Counted from the first letter of the stretch, positions 44,588 to 54,982 are shown. The stretch: DNA of 64,000 nucleotides from Myxococcota bacterium (GCA_965228475.1 OZ245817.1:2176001-2240000), one strand, 5' to 3'. Numbers and translations: made by a program. Notes: generated by a model not told the origin, from the letters alone.

Positions 44588-45400
44588 ATGGCCTGGCGTT
44601 GGCTCCTGGACGGCGCCGCGCCGGGGCCGTTCAACATGGGCGTCGACGAGGCCCTCCTGGCCGCGGCCGAGACCGCCGGCACGACGACGCTCCGCCTCTA
44701 CCGCTGGGCCGGGCCCTGGCTCTCCCTCGGCTACGGACAGGAGGCTTCCCCGGAACGGCGGGCCGCCTGCGAGGCCGCGGGCGTCGGGATCGTCGGCCGC
44801 AGCACGGGCGGGCTGGCCGTCCTCCACGGCGAGGACCTCACCTACAGCCTGGCGGCCCCCGTGGAAGCGCTTCCTCCCGGGCTCGACGGCTCCTATTCCC
44901 TCGTCGCCGACGCCCTTTGCCGGGCCTTCGCCGAGCTCGGCGTGGCCGTCGAGCGGCACACGCGGCCCGCCTCCCGGGCCGAGGGCTTCGACTGCTTCGG
45001 CGAGCCGGCCCGCCACGAGATCCTGGCCGGGGGGCGAAAGCTCGTCGGCAGCGCGCAGCGGCGCACGGCGCGCGGGGTGCTCCAGCACGGCTCGATCCGC
45101 GTCCGCCCGGACCCCGTGGCCGTCCGCGAGGCCGCGGGCCTCGACACGTCGCGCGCCACGAGTCTCGAGGAGCAGGGCTTCGCCTTCGCCGAGGGCGAGG
45201 TCGCCCAGGCCATCGCCCGGGCCTTCGCCGCGTCCTTCGACGCTTCGCTCGGGGGTTTCCCCGAGGCGGGGACCCTCACTTCCGCCGAGCGCGAGGCCGC
45301 CCGAGCCCGCGGTGCGCAGGCGGCTCGCGTATCGGGAAACCCCCACATTCCGATTCTCAAGGCGCCGGACCGCCGCTCCGATGATCCCAACAGCGGGTAG
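44588..45400 (+). CDS. Lipoate-protein ligase/octanoyltransferase family (LipM-like)
   Basis: NMGVDEALL, LRLYRW, TGG.AVLH, KLVGSAQRR, LQHGSI. Confidence 0.85.
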   Translation: MAWRWLLDGAAPGPFNMGVDEALLAAAETAGTTTLRLYRWAGPWLSLGYGQEASPERRAACEAAGVGIVGRSTGGLAVLHGEDLTYSLAAPVEALPPGLDGSYSLVADALCRAFAELGVAVERHTRPASRAEGFDCFGEPARHEILAGGRKLVGSAQRRTARGVLQHGSIRVRPDPVAVREAAGLDTSRATSLEEQGFAFAEGEVAQAIARAFAASFDASLGGFPEAGTLTSAEREAARARGAQAARVSGNPHIPILKAPDRRSDDPNSG

Positions 45401-45483
45401 GGTGGCTTCCCCTCGGCTCCCCCTTTCGCAGGCCCCTTCCGGGCCGCGCCGCTGCTGAACGCTTGGGGGGAGGCGGGGCACCC

Positions 45484-48400
45484 GTGGGTCTGAACAAGCG
45501 CAAAGTCCTCGATGCGGCTCAGAAGTATCTCCAGAAGGGGAACCTCGACCGGGCCCTGAAGGAGTACCAGAAGGTCCTCGACGCGGACCCGCGCGATACC
45601 AACGTCCGGCTGAAGGTCGGCGACGTCCAGCTCCGCCGCGGCAAGAGCGAAGAGGCGATCGAAGCCTACTTCGAGGTCGCCAAGCAGTTCATGAAGGACG
45701 GCTTCGACGCCAAGGCCGTCGCGCTGTTCAAACAGATCACCAAGATCGACGAGAAGCGGTACGACATCTACGAGCCGCTCGCGGAGCTCTACCAGCGGCT
45801 CGGGCTGCTCTCGGAGGCGATGGGCGCGCTCCAGACCGCCGCCGAAGCGCACCAGCGCGAAGGCCGGAAGACCGAAGGCCTGGCGCTCCTGCGCAAGATG
45901 GCTTCGCTCGACCCGAGCAACACGTCGACGCGCATGAAGATCGCCCAGCTCCTCTGGAAGGAAGAGCTGCGCGACGAGGCGCTTGAGGAGTACGACGAGG
46001 TCGTCGCCGAGCTCGGCCGCCAGGGCGACCTCGAGGGCGCCGTGCGGGTGCACGAGCAGGTGCTCTCGGACCTTCCCGAGCGGCTCGAGAACCTCGTCGG
46101 GCTGGGCACCTTGCAGCTCGAGCTCAACCACGCCGAGCAGGCCGAGCCGCCGCTCCTGAAGGCCACCGAGGTCGCGGTCGAGTCCGTCGAGGCCTGGGAA
46201 GCCCTTGCGCGCGTGCACGAGGCGCTCGGCCGTCAGAAGGAGTTCGAGGACACCTGGAAGACCGTGGCCGCGATCTACAAGGACCGCGGTGACGAGGACC
46301 GCGCGAAGGAGATCCTCCAGCTCTACGTCACGCCCCAGGCCCTCGACAGCACGAGCGACGGCCTCGACGGCGGCCTCGATGCCGAGGCGGAGGCCGCGGC
46401 GGCCGCGGAAGCCGACGACCTCTCCGGCGGCCAGACGATCGGTGACCTCGCCGGCGACGACGACGCCGACGACGAACTCGAGATCGGCGACGGGGCGAGT
46501 CTCGGCGCCGACGCCGACCTCGATGCCCCGGAGCCGGAAGCGCCGGCCGCGGAGGCCGCACCGGAGCTCGACCTCGACGAAGAGATCGACATCGAACTCG
46601 ACGACGAGGTGGATGCCCCGGAGGAGGCCGAAGGCGCCGAACCGGTCGCACCGGTCGCACCGGCCGCAGCGGGAGAAGACACGTCCTCGGCAGCCGAGGC
46701 CGCAGATCCGACCCAGCTGCTCGCCGAGGCGGGCGTCTACCTGCGCTATTCGCAGCACGACAAAGCGCTCGGCTGCTTCGAGCAGATTCTCGAGATCGAG
46801 CCCAAGCACCGGGAAGCGCTCGAGAAGCTCGGCGAGACGCACTGCAAGATGGAGGCGCCCGAGAAGGCGGTCCCCTTCTTCCGCGAGGCCGCCCTCGAGG
46901 CGCGCACCGCCGGCGACTCCGAGGAATTCGACCGCCTCTGCGAGCTGCTGCGCGGCGTCGACGAGGCCGCCGCGGAGGCGCTCGCGGCAGACGCGCTCAC
47001 GCCGGAGCCCGAGCTCGACCTCGATCTCGAGCTCGAGTTCGATACGCCGAGCGGCGATCCGGAGCTCTCGGGCGTTGCCGACCAGGCGGGCCTCGACGTC
47101 GAAGTCGAGATGCTGTTGAACGAGCCGGAAGAGGCGGCCGAGCCGCCGGCGCCGGACTTCGCCGACCCCGGCGAGGACGACCTCGAGCTCGACGTCGAAG
47201 CGGACGTCGCCGAAGGGGCGGACGTCGAGCCGGCCACGGCCGACGCCGATGCGCCGGAAGAAGAGCTGGCTCCGGAGCTCGGCGACGAGGCGGACGAGGC
47301 CCCGGAACTCGACGCCGCTGCCGAGGTGGAACTCGGCGAAGCAGATGCGTCGGTCGGTGCGGACGAGCCCGCCGGCGACGAGGAGGCCTCCGCCGCCCCG
47401 GCCCTCGAGAAGAAGACCGGCGGCGTGACGCTCGGCGCTTCGAGTCAGGCCTCGGACGTCTCCGCGGAAGATCTCGAGGAGGCCGAGTTCTACTACCGGC
47501 AAGGCCTCTACGACGAAGCCGAGCAGCTCCTGCAGCGCCTGCTCGAAGCGGCGCCCGGGCATCCCCAGGTGCTGCTCCGCCTGGGCGAGATCGCCAAGTC
47601 GCGCGGGGAGTGCCCGAGTTCGCCGGTGTCCGAGGGCGTCGACTTCGACCGGACGGAAGAAGAGACGAGCCCGGGCCTCGACGCGGGCGCTCTCGAACAG
47701 GACGCCGAAGAAAGCGAGACGCTCGCCGCCGAGGACACGCTCTCGGGTTCGACGCTCGAGGACCTCGACGCGCTGCCCGATCTCGATGGCCCCGAGGCCG
47801 GACCCGACGACGAGACGCTCCAGGCGGAGCTCTCGGATGCACTCCCGGAGCTCGACGAGTCCGACGAGGAGGGCGTTTCGCTCGAAGGCGCGACGCTTCC
47901 GGTCGAGGACACGGCCGCGTCCGCCGAGAGCGAGGCCGAACCCGCCGAGGAGCCCCGCGAAGAACCGGCCCGCTCTCCGGCGCCCACGGCAGAGGTGCCT
48001 GCGTCGCCCGTGGCGGCGGAACCGGCTGCGCCCGTGGCAGCCGCGGGTTCCGACGAAGGGTTCGACCTCGCCGCAGAGCTCTCGGGAGTGTTCGACGATT
48101 CGACCTCCGGCGCGGAAGGGGAGGCGACCCTCGGAGGCACGACCCAGGCCGGCTTCGAATCGATCTTCCAGAGCTTCAAGCAGGGCGTGAAGGAGACCCT
48201 CGGCGACGGCGAGGAAGAGACGCACTACGACCTCGGGATCGCCTACCGCGAGATGGGCCTCTTCGAGGACGCCATCGGCGAATTCGCAGCGGCGATGACG
48301 GCCCCGGCGCGGAAGGTCGACTGCCTCGCGATGATGGGTCTTTGCGCCATGGATCTCGGACGGGCGAACGACGCCGTCGGCCACCTCGAGCAGGCGCTGG

Positions 48401-48786
48401 CGCTGCCGGACCTGGCCGAGGACCGCATCGCCGGCCTGCGCTTCGACCTCGGTGCCGCCTTCGAGATGCAGGGCGACCTCGACCGCGCCCGCGCGGCCTG
48501 GGAGCAGGTGCTCGCCTTCGACCCGGACTTCCCCGAGGTGGCAGAGCGGCTCGAGAAGCTCGGCCAGGAAGACTCGACGCCCTCGCTCGGCGAGATGGAC
48601 CCCGCCGAGGGCGGTCTCGCCGAGGCCTTCGAGAGCTTCGACGACCTGATCGCCGAGGCCGAGGCGGACGACGACGACGACGACCCGGACGGTGACGACG
48701 ACCCGGGCGCCGGTCCGGACGGCGGCGGCGAGTCGGATGGGGACATGGGCTCGACCCAGTGGGGCCGCAAGGTCTCCTACGGTTGA
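45484..48786 (+). CDS. Large TPR protein, SgmX-like
   Basis: N-terminal TPR array, isolated central TPRs in very acidic linkers, C-terminal TPRs beginning THYDLGIAYREMGL, ends KVSYG. Confidence 0.75.
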   Translation: MGLNKRKVLDAAQKYLQKGNLDRALKEYQKVLDADPRDTNVRLKVGDVQLRRGKSEEAIEAYFEVAKQFMKDGFDAKAVALFKQITKIDEKRYDIYEPLAELYQRLGLLSEAMGALQTAAEAHQREGRKTEGLALLRKMASLDPSNTSTRMKIAQLLWKEELRDEALEEYDEVVAELGRQGDLEGAVRVHEQVLSDLPERLENLVGLGTLQLELNHAEQAEPPLLKATEVAVESVEAWEALARVHEALGRQKEFEDTWKTVAAIYKDRGDEDRAKEILQLYVTPQALDSTSDGLDGGLDAEAEAAAAAEADDLSGGQTIGDLAGDDDADDELEIGDGASLGADADLDAPEPEAPAAEAAPELDLDEEIDIELDDEVDAPEEAEGAEPVAPVAPAAAGEDTSSAAEAADPTQLLAEAGVYLRYSQHDKALGCFEQILEIEPKHREALEKLGETHCKMEAPEKAVPFFREAALEARTAGDSEEFDRLCELLRGVDEAAAEALAADALTPEPELDLDLELEFDTPSGDPELSGVADQAGLDVEVEMLLNEPEEAAEPPAPDFADPGEDDLELDVEADVAEGADVEPATADADAPEEELAPELGDEADEAPELDAAAEVELGEADASVGADEPAGDEEASAAPALEKKTGGVTLGASSQASDVSAEDLEEAEFYYRQGLYDEAEQLLQRLLEAAPGHPQVLLRLGEIAKSRGECPSSPVSEGVDFDRTEEETSPGLDAGALEQDAEESETLAAEDTLSGSTLEDLDALPDLDGPEAGPDDETLQAELSDALPELDESDEEGVSLEGATLPVEDTAASAESEAEPAEEPREEPARSPAPTAEVPASPVAAEPAAPVAAAGSDEGFDLAAELSGVFDDSTSGAEGEATLGGTTQAGFESIFQSFKQGVKETLGDGEEETHYDLGIAYREMGLFEDAIGEFAAAMTAPARKVDCLAMMGLCAMDLGRANDAVGHLEQALALPDLAEDRIAGLRFDLGAAFEMQGDLDRARAAWEQVLAFDPDFPEVAERLEKLGQEDSTPSLGEMDPAEGGLAEAFESFDDLIAEAEADDDDDDPDGDDDPGAGPDGGGESDGDMGSTQWGRKVSYG

Positions 48787-49688
48787 TGGAGAAGGGCGCC
48801 TTGGACTACCTCGAGCACTTCGGTCTGGAACGCGAACCCTTCGGCAACGACCCGCTCCCCGGCTTCCACTTCGAGACGCCCGAGCGCGCGATGGCCGAGC
48901 GGCGCGTGCTGCGCGGCCCCCTCCACGGCAAGGGCCTGACCGTCCTCACCGGGGGGTACGGCTCCGGCAAGACGACGCTCCTGCACCGCCTGCTCGATCA
49001 GCTCCCGCCGAACCGCTTCGACGCGGGCGTGCTGGTGCTCTCGGGCCGGAACCACGAGCCCGTTCCCTTCCTCCAGCGCGTGGCGAAGCTCTTCGGCGTG
49101 ACCGCCCCGAGCGACGAACGCTCGACCCTGCTCGGCCAGCTCGCCGGGCGCCTCCTGCAGATCCAGGAGCGCGGCCTGCGCGCGGTCGCGGTGATCGACG
49201 AAGCGCAGCTCCTCGAAGACGAGAGCGTGCTCGAAGAGCTTCGCGGCCTGCTGAACCTCGAGGGCGAGCGCGGCCGGGCGCTCTCGGTCGTTCTGTCCGG
49301 GCTGCCCGCGCTCGAAAACCACCTGGCTGCCGTGCCGGCGCTCGGTCGCCGGGTCGACGTGAAGGTCCGGCTCGAGCCCTTCGACGCGGCCACGACGGCC
49401 CGCTACCTGGCCGAGCGCCTGGCCTTCGCCCGGGGCAAGCCGGACATACTGCATCCGGCGGCGGCCGCGGCCGTCCACGACTTCTCGGGCGGGAGCCCGC
49501 GCGCGGTCAACACCCTCGCGGACAACGCCCTGTTCGAAGCCTTCCTGGCCGGCCGCGGCGCGATCGTCGTGGAAGACGTCGAGCGCGCGGCGCAGGCCCT
49601 GCGGTTCTCCGACGCCATGGGGGCCTCCGACGGGATCGAGACCCTCGAGCCCGTGGTCGCCGCGGAAGTGATCGCCACACCCGTCTAG
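48786..49688 (+). CDS. ExeA/GspA-family AAA ATPase
   Basis: YLEHFGLEREPF, GGYGSGKTTL, IDEAQ, G.PRAVNTLADNAL; ATG overlaps the upstream TGA. Confidence 0.85.
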   Translation: MEKGALDYLEHFGLEREPFGNDPLPGFHFETPERAMAERRVLRGPLHGKGLTVLTGGYGSGKTTLLHRLLDQLPPNRFDAGVLVLSGRNHEPVPFLQRVAKLFGVTAPSDERSTLLGQLAGRLLQIQERGLRAVAVIDEAQLLEDESVLEELRGLLNLEGERGRALSVVLSGLPALENHLAAVPALGRRVDVKVRLEPFDAATTARYLAERLAFARGKPDILHPAAAAAVHDFSGGSPRAVNTLADNALFEAFLAGRGAIVVEDVERAAQALRFSDAMGASDGIETLEPVVAAEVIATPV

Positions 49689-49760
49689 CCACGCGGCCTC
49701 GGCCCTCAACGTTCCGCACCCGGTTCGCTACACCTCTCTGCGCATTCGCGGGGGTGACCG

Positions 49761-52442
49761 ATGCGTGGGTGGAAGCGGTCCGCTGTCCTTTTCGTTTCGC
49801 TGGGCGTTGCCGCCTTTCTTTCCTTCGGCCTCGCGGGGACCGGCCGGGCCCAGGAGGCGCCGCCGGCTCTCCCCGAGATCACCCTCGAGGGCCGGCGCGT
49901 CCACGTCTCGGCCATCCAGGTCAACGGCAAGGGCCGCTGCTACGAAGCCCTGCCCGGCGAGCGGCTCGATCTCCGCTTCGATTGGGTCTCGCCCTGCGAC
50001 GGGGACTGCGGCCCGACGAAGGCCCTCGCCGTTGGCATCCAGGGTCAGGCCGGGAGCTGCTTCGCCGAGGGCTTCTCGGCGACGGGCACGGCCGGGGGGC
50101 ATGCCGCCGGGGCGGTGCTCGAGGCGCCGACGACACCCGCCACCTACTGGATCACGCTCGGCGGCGGCGCCGAGTGCACGAGCGCCTCGGCGGCGCGCCC
50201 GAACGATGCGGCCCACGCCATCGCGCAGGTGACGGTGCGTCCGAGCACGGCGGGCTCCGGCCGGTGGCTCTCCGGTGCGGGAGAGCCGGCGCCCCAGCTC
50301 GGCCGCGAGCAGGACTTCTATCTCGACAACTCGGCCGACGAGGTCTACCGGCGCGAGTGCGGCCGCTGGCTTCCGGTCGCCTCGATCGCCGGCGACGTCG
50401 GCCCGATGGGCCCGCCCGGGCCCAAGGGCAGCCGCGGTCCGACGGGGCCGGCCGGCGAACGAGGTCCGCTCGGCCCGACCGGCCAGCAGGGGCCGGCCGG
50501 ACCGGTGGGCCCGATGGGTCCGATCGGTCCGCCCGGGCCGCGGGGCCCCGCCGGCCAGGACGGCGCGACGTGGCATACCCAGAGCGGGGAGCCGCCGGCG
50601 GAGCTCGGCCGGGACGACGACCTCTACCTCGACACCGAGTCCCGCACGGTCTACTGGCGACACGAAGGGAAGTGGGTCCCGGCGACGTCCATCGCCGAAG
50701 GGGCTACGGGCCCGACGGGCCCCGAAGGCGAGCGCGGCCCGGAGGGGCCGAAGGGGGAGCCCGGCCGCGCGGGCGCGACCTTCCTGACGGGAACCGGAAC
50801 CCCGGACCCGGCTTCCGGCGGAGACTTCGACCTCTACTTCGACAAGCTCAGCTCGGAGCTCTTCTGGAAGCACGAAGGGCAGTGGACGCGGCTCGCCTCG
50901 CTCGAAGGCAAGCCTGGCCCGCGCGGGCCGTCCGGGCCGAGCGGGCCGGCGGGGCCGCCCGGGCCCGAGGGTCCGGTGGGCGGCAGCGGAGCGCCCGGGC
51001 TGCCGGGGCCGCCCGGCCCGCCCGGGCCGGCGGGGCCGAGCTGGCTCGTCGGGAGCGAACGCGACGGCCGCGACGGAGACCTGCGCCTCGATCCGAACGA
51101 AGGGCGCATCGAGCGCCGCGTCGAAGGAAGCTGGCGTGCGGTCGGAAACCTGCGGGGTCCGGCCGGACCGCCCGGCCCGCGCGGACAGGCGGGGCCGGCC
51201 GGCGAGCGCGGTCCGATGGGTTCGCCGGGGGTTTCGGTCCCGGGCCCGGCCGGGCCGTCCGGAGACCCCGGGCCCCCCGGCCCGCGCGGCGAGCCGGGTG
51301 CGCCCGGAACGCCCGGAGCAGCCTGGCACGCCGGGAGCGGCGCGCCCGATGCGGCGCTCGGCCGCGTCGGCGACTTCCACATCGATGCGGCGACCGGGCA
51401 GGTGCTTCGACGGGAGGCGTCCGGCTGGCGCGAGGTCGCGACGCTGGCCGGCCCGCGCGGCGAGCGCGGGGAAACGGGAGTGGCCGGGCCGACCGGGCCG
51501 CAGGGTTCGGCGGGCGAGATCGGCCCGCCCGGCCCGACCGGCGCCGCGGGCCCGCCCGGGCCCGTCGGGCCGCTGGGTCCCCCCGGTCCCGCGGGGCCGT
51601 CCGGCCCGCCGGGGCGGGACGGGGCGAACTGGTTCCACGGCGAGGGGGCACCGAGCGCATCGCTCGGCGCCGAAGGGGATTTCTACCTGGCGCTCGGCGC
51701 CGGCGAGGTCTTCACGCGGGACGCGCGCGGCTGGCGACGGGGTGTCAGCCTGCGCTCCGCGGCGCGCGCGCCCGGGGTGAGGTGGCACGCGGGCGAAGGG
51801 AGGCCTTCCATCGAGACCGGCCGCGCGGGCGACCTCTACCTCGACCTCACGAACCAGGAGATCGCCCGGAAGGCCTTCGGTTGGGTCCCGGTGGCCTCGA
51901 ACGCCGGCCGCGAGCCCTCCGCGAGCTGGACCGTCGGGAACCGCTTCCCGCAGTCCGAGGAGGGGCGAGAGGGCGCGTACTTCCTCGACCTCAGCACCTC
52001 GACGATCCATCGCAAGAGCGGCGGCTTCTGGCGCGAGGTGGAACGGATCGAGGGGACCGGCAGCTGGGATTGGGGGCGCGGCGCACCGGACGCGAACAAG
52101 GGCCGCGCCGGCGATGCCTACCTCGACACCGGAACCGGCCGCGTCTACCGCAAGCGAGAGGGCTGGCAGGCGGTTCGGTCTGCCCCGGCCGAGGCCGCCC
52201 CGGCGCCGGCTTTCGCGACCGGCGCCGGCGTTCCCGGAGCCCGCACCGGGGCGGTGGGCAGCGTCCACCTCGATACGGAAACGGGCGTCCTCTACGAGCG
52301 CCGGGAGTCCGGCTGGGTGCGGGTCTTCGCCTTTGCGTCGAAGGCGGCCGCGGACCCAGGCCCCGAGCCCTCTGCGGCCCCGCGGATCAGCCCCGCTCCG
52401 AGCTTCCCTCCCGTGGCGCCCGCGCCGCCCCAGGGCCCCTAG
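49761..52442 (+). CDS. Secreted collagen-like repeat protein
   Basis: Signal peptide (GRA|QE), Cys-containing N-domain, five Gly-X-Y runs, ten W..G.G.P....G..GD.YLD......Y....W motifs. Confidence 0.85.
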   Translation: MRGWKRSAVLFVSLGVAAFLSFGLAGTGRAQEAPPALPEITLEGRRVHVSAIQVNGKGRCYEALPGERLDLRFDWVSPCDGDCGPTKALAVGIQGQAGSCFAEGFSATGTAGGHAAGAVLEAPTTPATYWITLGGGAECTSASAARPNDAAHAIAQVTVRPSTAGSGRWLSGAGEPAPQLGREQDFYLDNSADEVYRRECGRWLPVASIAGDVGPMGPPGPKGSRGPTGPAGERGPLGPTGQQGPAGPVGPMGPIGPPGPRGPAGQDGATWHTQSGEPPAELGRDDDLYLDTESRTVYWRHEGKWVPATSIAEGATGPTGPEGERGPEGPKGEPGRAGATFLTGTGTPDPASGGDFDLYFDKLSSELFWKHEGQWTRLASLEGKPGPRGPSGPSGPAGPPGPEGPVGGSGAPGLPGPPGPPGPAGPSWLVGSERDGRDGDLRLDPNEGRIERRVEGSWRAVGNLRGPAGPPGPRGQAGPAGERGPMGSPGVSVPGPAGPSGDPGPPGPRGEPGAPGTPGAAWHAGSGAPDAALGRVGDFHIDAATGQVLRREASGWREVATLAGPRGERGETGVAGPTGPQGSAGEIGPPGPTGAAGPPGPVGPLGPPGPAGPSGPPGRDGANWFHGEGAPSASLGAEGDFYLALGAGEVFTRDARGWRRGVSLRSAARAPGVRWHAGEGRPSIETGRAGDLYLDLTNQEIARKAFGWVPVASNAGREPSASWTVGNRFPQSEEGREGAYFLDLSTSTIHRKSGGFWREVERIEGTGSWDWGRGAPDANKGRAGDAYLDTGTGRVYRKREGWQAVRSAPAEAAPAPAFATGAGVPGARTGAVGSVHLDTETGVLYERRESGWVRVFAFASKAAADPGPEPSAAPRISPAPSFPPVAPAPPQGP

Positions 52443-52464
52443 CAGGCCCACGAACGGAGACCCC

Positions 52465-53766
52465 ATGCAGCGCTTCGCCCTCCTCGTTTCGTTCGGCCTC
52501 GCCGTGGCTCTCGCCGCCCCGGCTCGGGCGGCGGACCCGGCCGCCTCCTGGCTGGCCTCGCTCTCGTCGCCCGCCGCGGCACCGGCGATCGAGTTCCGCG
52601 TCGTTCGCGAGGGGAATGCGCCCTCGGGCGAGCCGGTCCGCGTGGCGGCACCGGGCGACGAGATCCACTGGTACTTCGTGAACCGCTCGTCGGGCGACCT
52701 GTGGGTGACCGTGTTCGCCGTCGGGCCGGCCGGCGCGTCCCGGGTCTATCCGTTCCGCAGCCGGCCCGAGCCGATCGCTCCCGGCAAGGGGGTCGATCAG
52801 AAGGGTGAGGTCTCGCTCGAAGCGGGGCAGAACGAGAGCCGCGACACCCTCGTTCTCGTCGCGACCGCGGAGCCGCTCGACGCGGAGGCGCTGCTCGATC
52901 CCGCCCGCTTCCCGGCAGGCTCGGAGGCGCTCGAGGCGGCGGGCTTCGCGGCCGCGCGCCACGAACTCCTCGTCCGCCGCGAGATCGTCGAGATTGCGAC
53001 GGCGCCGCGCGCGGAGATCGCGCCCGCGCCGGCGGCGGTCGTCGCTCCGGTGCCCGCGCAGTCCGTCGACGCCCCGGTGGCGCCCGAGGGTGAGGTGCGG
53101 ACGGCACCTTCGCCGGTCTCGGCCCGGCCCGCGCCGCGGCGCGCCCGCCGCGTCCCGCGCATCACCCGCTTTGCCGTCCAGTACGACGCACCCATCGAGC
53201 TCGGGCGCGTGCAGCGGAGGCTTCCGAAGCTGCGGGCCCTCTGCGGCCGGACCGGCTCCGCCTGCAAGGTGCAGCGGCTTCCGGGAAGCGAATCGGTCTT
53301 CGAGCTCGAGCGGACGGGGCGGCGCCTCGGCGAGGGCGAGAACCAGACTCTCGCGCGCGCCTTCGAACAGGCCTACCAGATCGAGCGCGGTCTCGAGGCC
53401 GCGCGCGTCGAGCCGCTCCTCGAGCTGATCCTCTCGGCCTCGGGGGAAGATGCCGCGCGCACGATGTGGGAGCGGATCCGCGCGCGCCGGACGACGCCTC
53501 CCGGGCCGGAATCGCTCGCGCTGTTCGGCTCGCTCGGGCCGGCCACCGCGGGCTACGGCGAGCTGTTCGCGGGCCCCGGCGCCCGCGACGTCGAGCGCTT
53601 CGAGGCGGAGCTGATGCACCACTACGTGGTCGACGCCGAGGTCGCCCGGGGGCTCGACGCGCTGGCGGCCGGGCAGGGACCCGTGGCCGCGCGGGAGGCG
53701 CTCCTGCGCCGCGGGATCTCCCGCGATCTGCGGGAGGCGCTGCGCCCGGAGGACGACGCCTCCTAG
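52465..53766 (+). CDS. Secreted protein with DUF4384-like domain
   Basis: Signal peptide (ARA|AD), GDEIHW..N.....WVTVFAVGP.G...YP...DTLVLVAT pattern; GGAG RBS; 22 nt after the collagen gene. Confidence 0.6.
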   Translation: MQRFALLVSFGLAVALAAPARAADPAASWLASLSSPAAAPAIEFRVVREGNAPSGEPVRVAAPGDEIHWYFVNRSSGDLWVTVFAVGPAGASRVYPFRSRPEPIAPGKGVDQKGEVSLEAGQNESRDTLVLVATAEPLDAEALLDPARFPAGSEALEAAGFAAARHELLVRREIVEIATAPRAEIAPAPAAVVAPVPAQSVDAPVAPEGEVRTAPSPVSARPAPRRARRVPRITRFAVQYDAPIELGRVQRRLPKLRALCGRTGSACKVQRLPGSESVFELERTGRRLGEGENQTLARAFEQAYQIERGLEAARVEPLLELILSASGEDAARTMWERIRARRTTPPGPESLALFGSLGPATAGYGELFAGPGARDVERFEAELMHHYVVDAEVARGLDALAAGQGPVAAREALLRRGISRDLREALRPEDDAS

Positions 53767-53797
53767 CCCGGTTTCCGGGTCGCTGTCGGAGTAGCCC

Positions 53798-54865
53798 CTA
53801 GAACGCGACCTTCAGGCCGAGCGACGGGCCGTGGAAGAGGGTCTTCCCGTCGTTGTCGTAGTTGTTCCCGAAGAAGTCCCCGGCCGAGCCGCTTCGCGGG
53901 AACTGGTCGGGCGCGGTGGCCACGTTGATCAGGTAGATCGCGCGGTAACCCATCTTCAGTTCGATGCCGCGGAAGAGGCGAACGGTCAGGTGGGCTGCAC
54001 CCTCGATCAGGCCCGCATCGTCCCACTCGCTCCGGCTCTGCCGGAAGGTGACGGGCGTCGCGTCGATGTCGGCGAACTCGTTGCGTCCATCGGCGCGGTT
54101 CGCGAAGGCGCCGCCCACCGCATAGAGGTCGAAGTCGACGAGGTCTTCGACGAGCGGGATCTCCGTCTCGACGCCGAGCTGAACGCCGATCAACGAATTC
54201 CGCGTCTCCACGTCGTATCGGCCGAAGCCGTTCGCGGCGACCGGGACGCCCGCGACGTCGTCGTCGATGGAGAAGAAGTTCAGATCCTCTTCGAGGCGCA
54301 CGGCGCGGATGCCCGCCAGCAGGTTGAAGCGGTAGTCGGCACCGTCGACCTCGAACATGCGTCGGTAGTTGATCTCGCCGGAGTAGAACTCGGAGTCGTA
54401 TTCGAGGTCGAACTGGACGGCAGCGTCGAAGTTGTTGTCGTCGATCCCGGCCAGGGCCCCGGCGTCCGGGTTCTCGAACGCGAACAGGGTGTCGCTGATG
54501 TCGCGGCGGCGGGTGTCCCGGTCGTGTCCGAAGCCGGTGAAGACGAGCTCGATCGAGGAGCGTTCGTCGAGCCGGATGCCGAGCACGCCTCGGCCCCCGA
54601 ACTCCTCGTCGTCATCGACGACGTCGTCGGTGTCCAGGATCTCGCGGAAGCTGGCGCTCGGCGTCGGCGGCGTCGGGTCCGAGAAACCGACCTCGACGCT
54701 CGGGGTGCCGTCGCGCTCCACGTAGAGCAGCTCCCAGTCCGTGTAGAAGCGATAGCGGAGCGAGCCGTCCTTGCGGATGTGGTCGTCGGCGGCGCGGGCC
54801 TCCGGCGCGGCGGTGGCGAGGAGCACGCCCAGACCCAGGGCGACGGCGAAGAAGGTTCGAGACAC
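53798..54865 (-). CDS. Outer-membrane beta-barrel protein, BBP7-like
   Basis: Signal peptide, amphipathic strands (YSGEINY, LAGIR...LEEDL, NSLIGVQLG, GYRAIYL..VA.A), C-terminal FHGPSLGLKVAF. Confidence 0.7.
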   Translation of the reverse strand: MSRTFFAVALGLGVLLATAAPEARAADDHIRKDGSLRYRFYTDWELLYVERDGTPSVEVGFSDPTPPTPSASFREILDTDDVVDDDEEFGGRGVLGIRLDERSSIELVFTGFGHDRDTRRRDISDTLFAFENPDAGALAGIDDNNFDAAVQFDLEYDSEFYSGEINYRRMFEVDGADYRFNLLAGIRAVRLEEDLNFFSIDDDVAGVPVAANGFGRYDVETRNSLIGVQLGVETEIPLVEDLVDFDLYAVGGAFANRADGRNEFADIDATPVTFRQSRSEWDDAGLIEGAAHLTVRLFRGIELKMGYRAIYLINVATAPDQFPRSGSAGDFFGNNYDNDGKTLFHGPSLGLKVAF

Positions 54866-54982
54866 GGGTTTCCCTCCAAGAAGTGCGACGATGATATCAG
54901 CCGCTCGCGGCGGCGTGCGACTCATTTGGGCTGTGGAATCGCGTGCGGGAACGTGGGGTTCCCGCTGCGCTAGCGTCCCGCG

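Noticed and set aside
46642..46668. 9-bp tandem repeat CCGGTCGCA
   Set aside because: In-frame low-complexity linker (PVAPVAPAA) inside the TPR protein.
50390..51630. GC-rich periodic DNA resembling a repeat or CRISPR array
   Set aside because: The periodicity is 9 nt from Gly-X-Y codons; there are no identical repeats with unique spacers and no cas genes.
49761..53766. Prophage or tailocin remnant
   Set aside because: No baseplate, sheath, capsid, integrase or lysis genes, and both proteins have Sec signal peptides.
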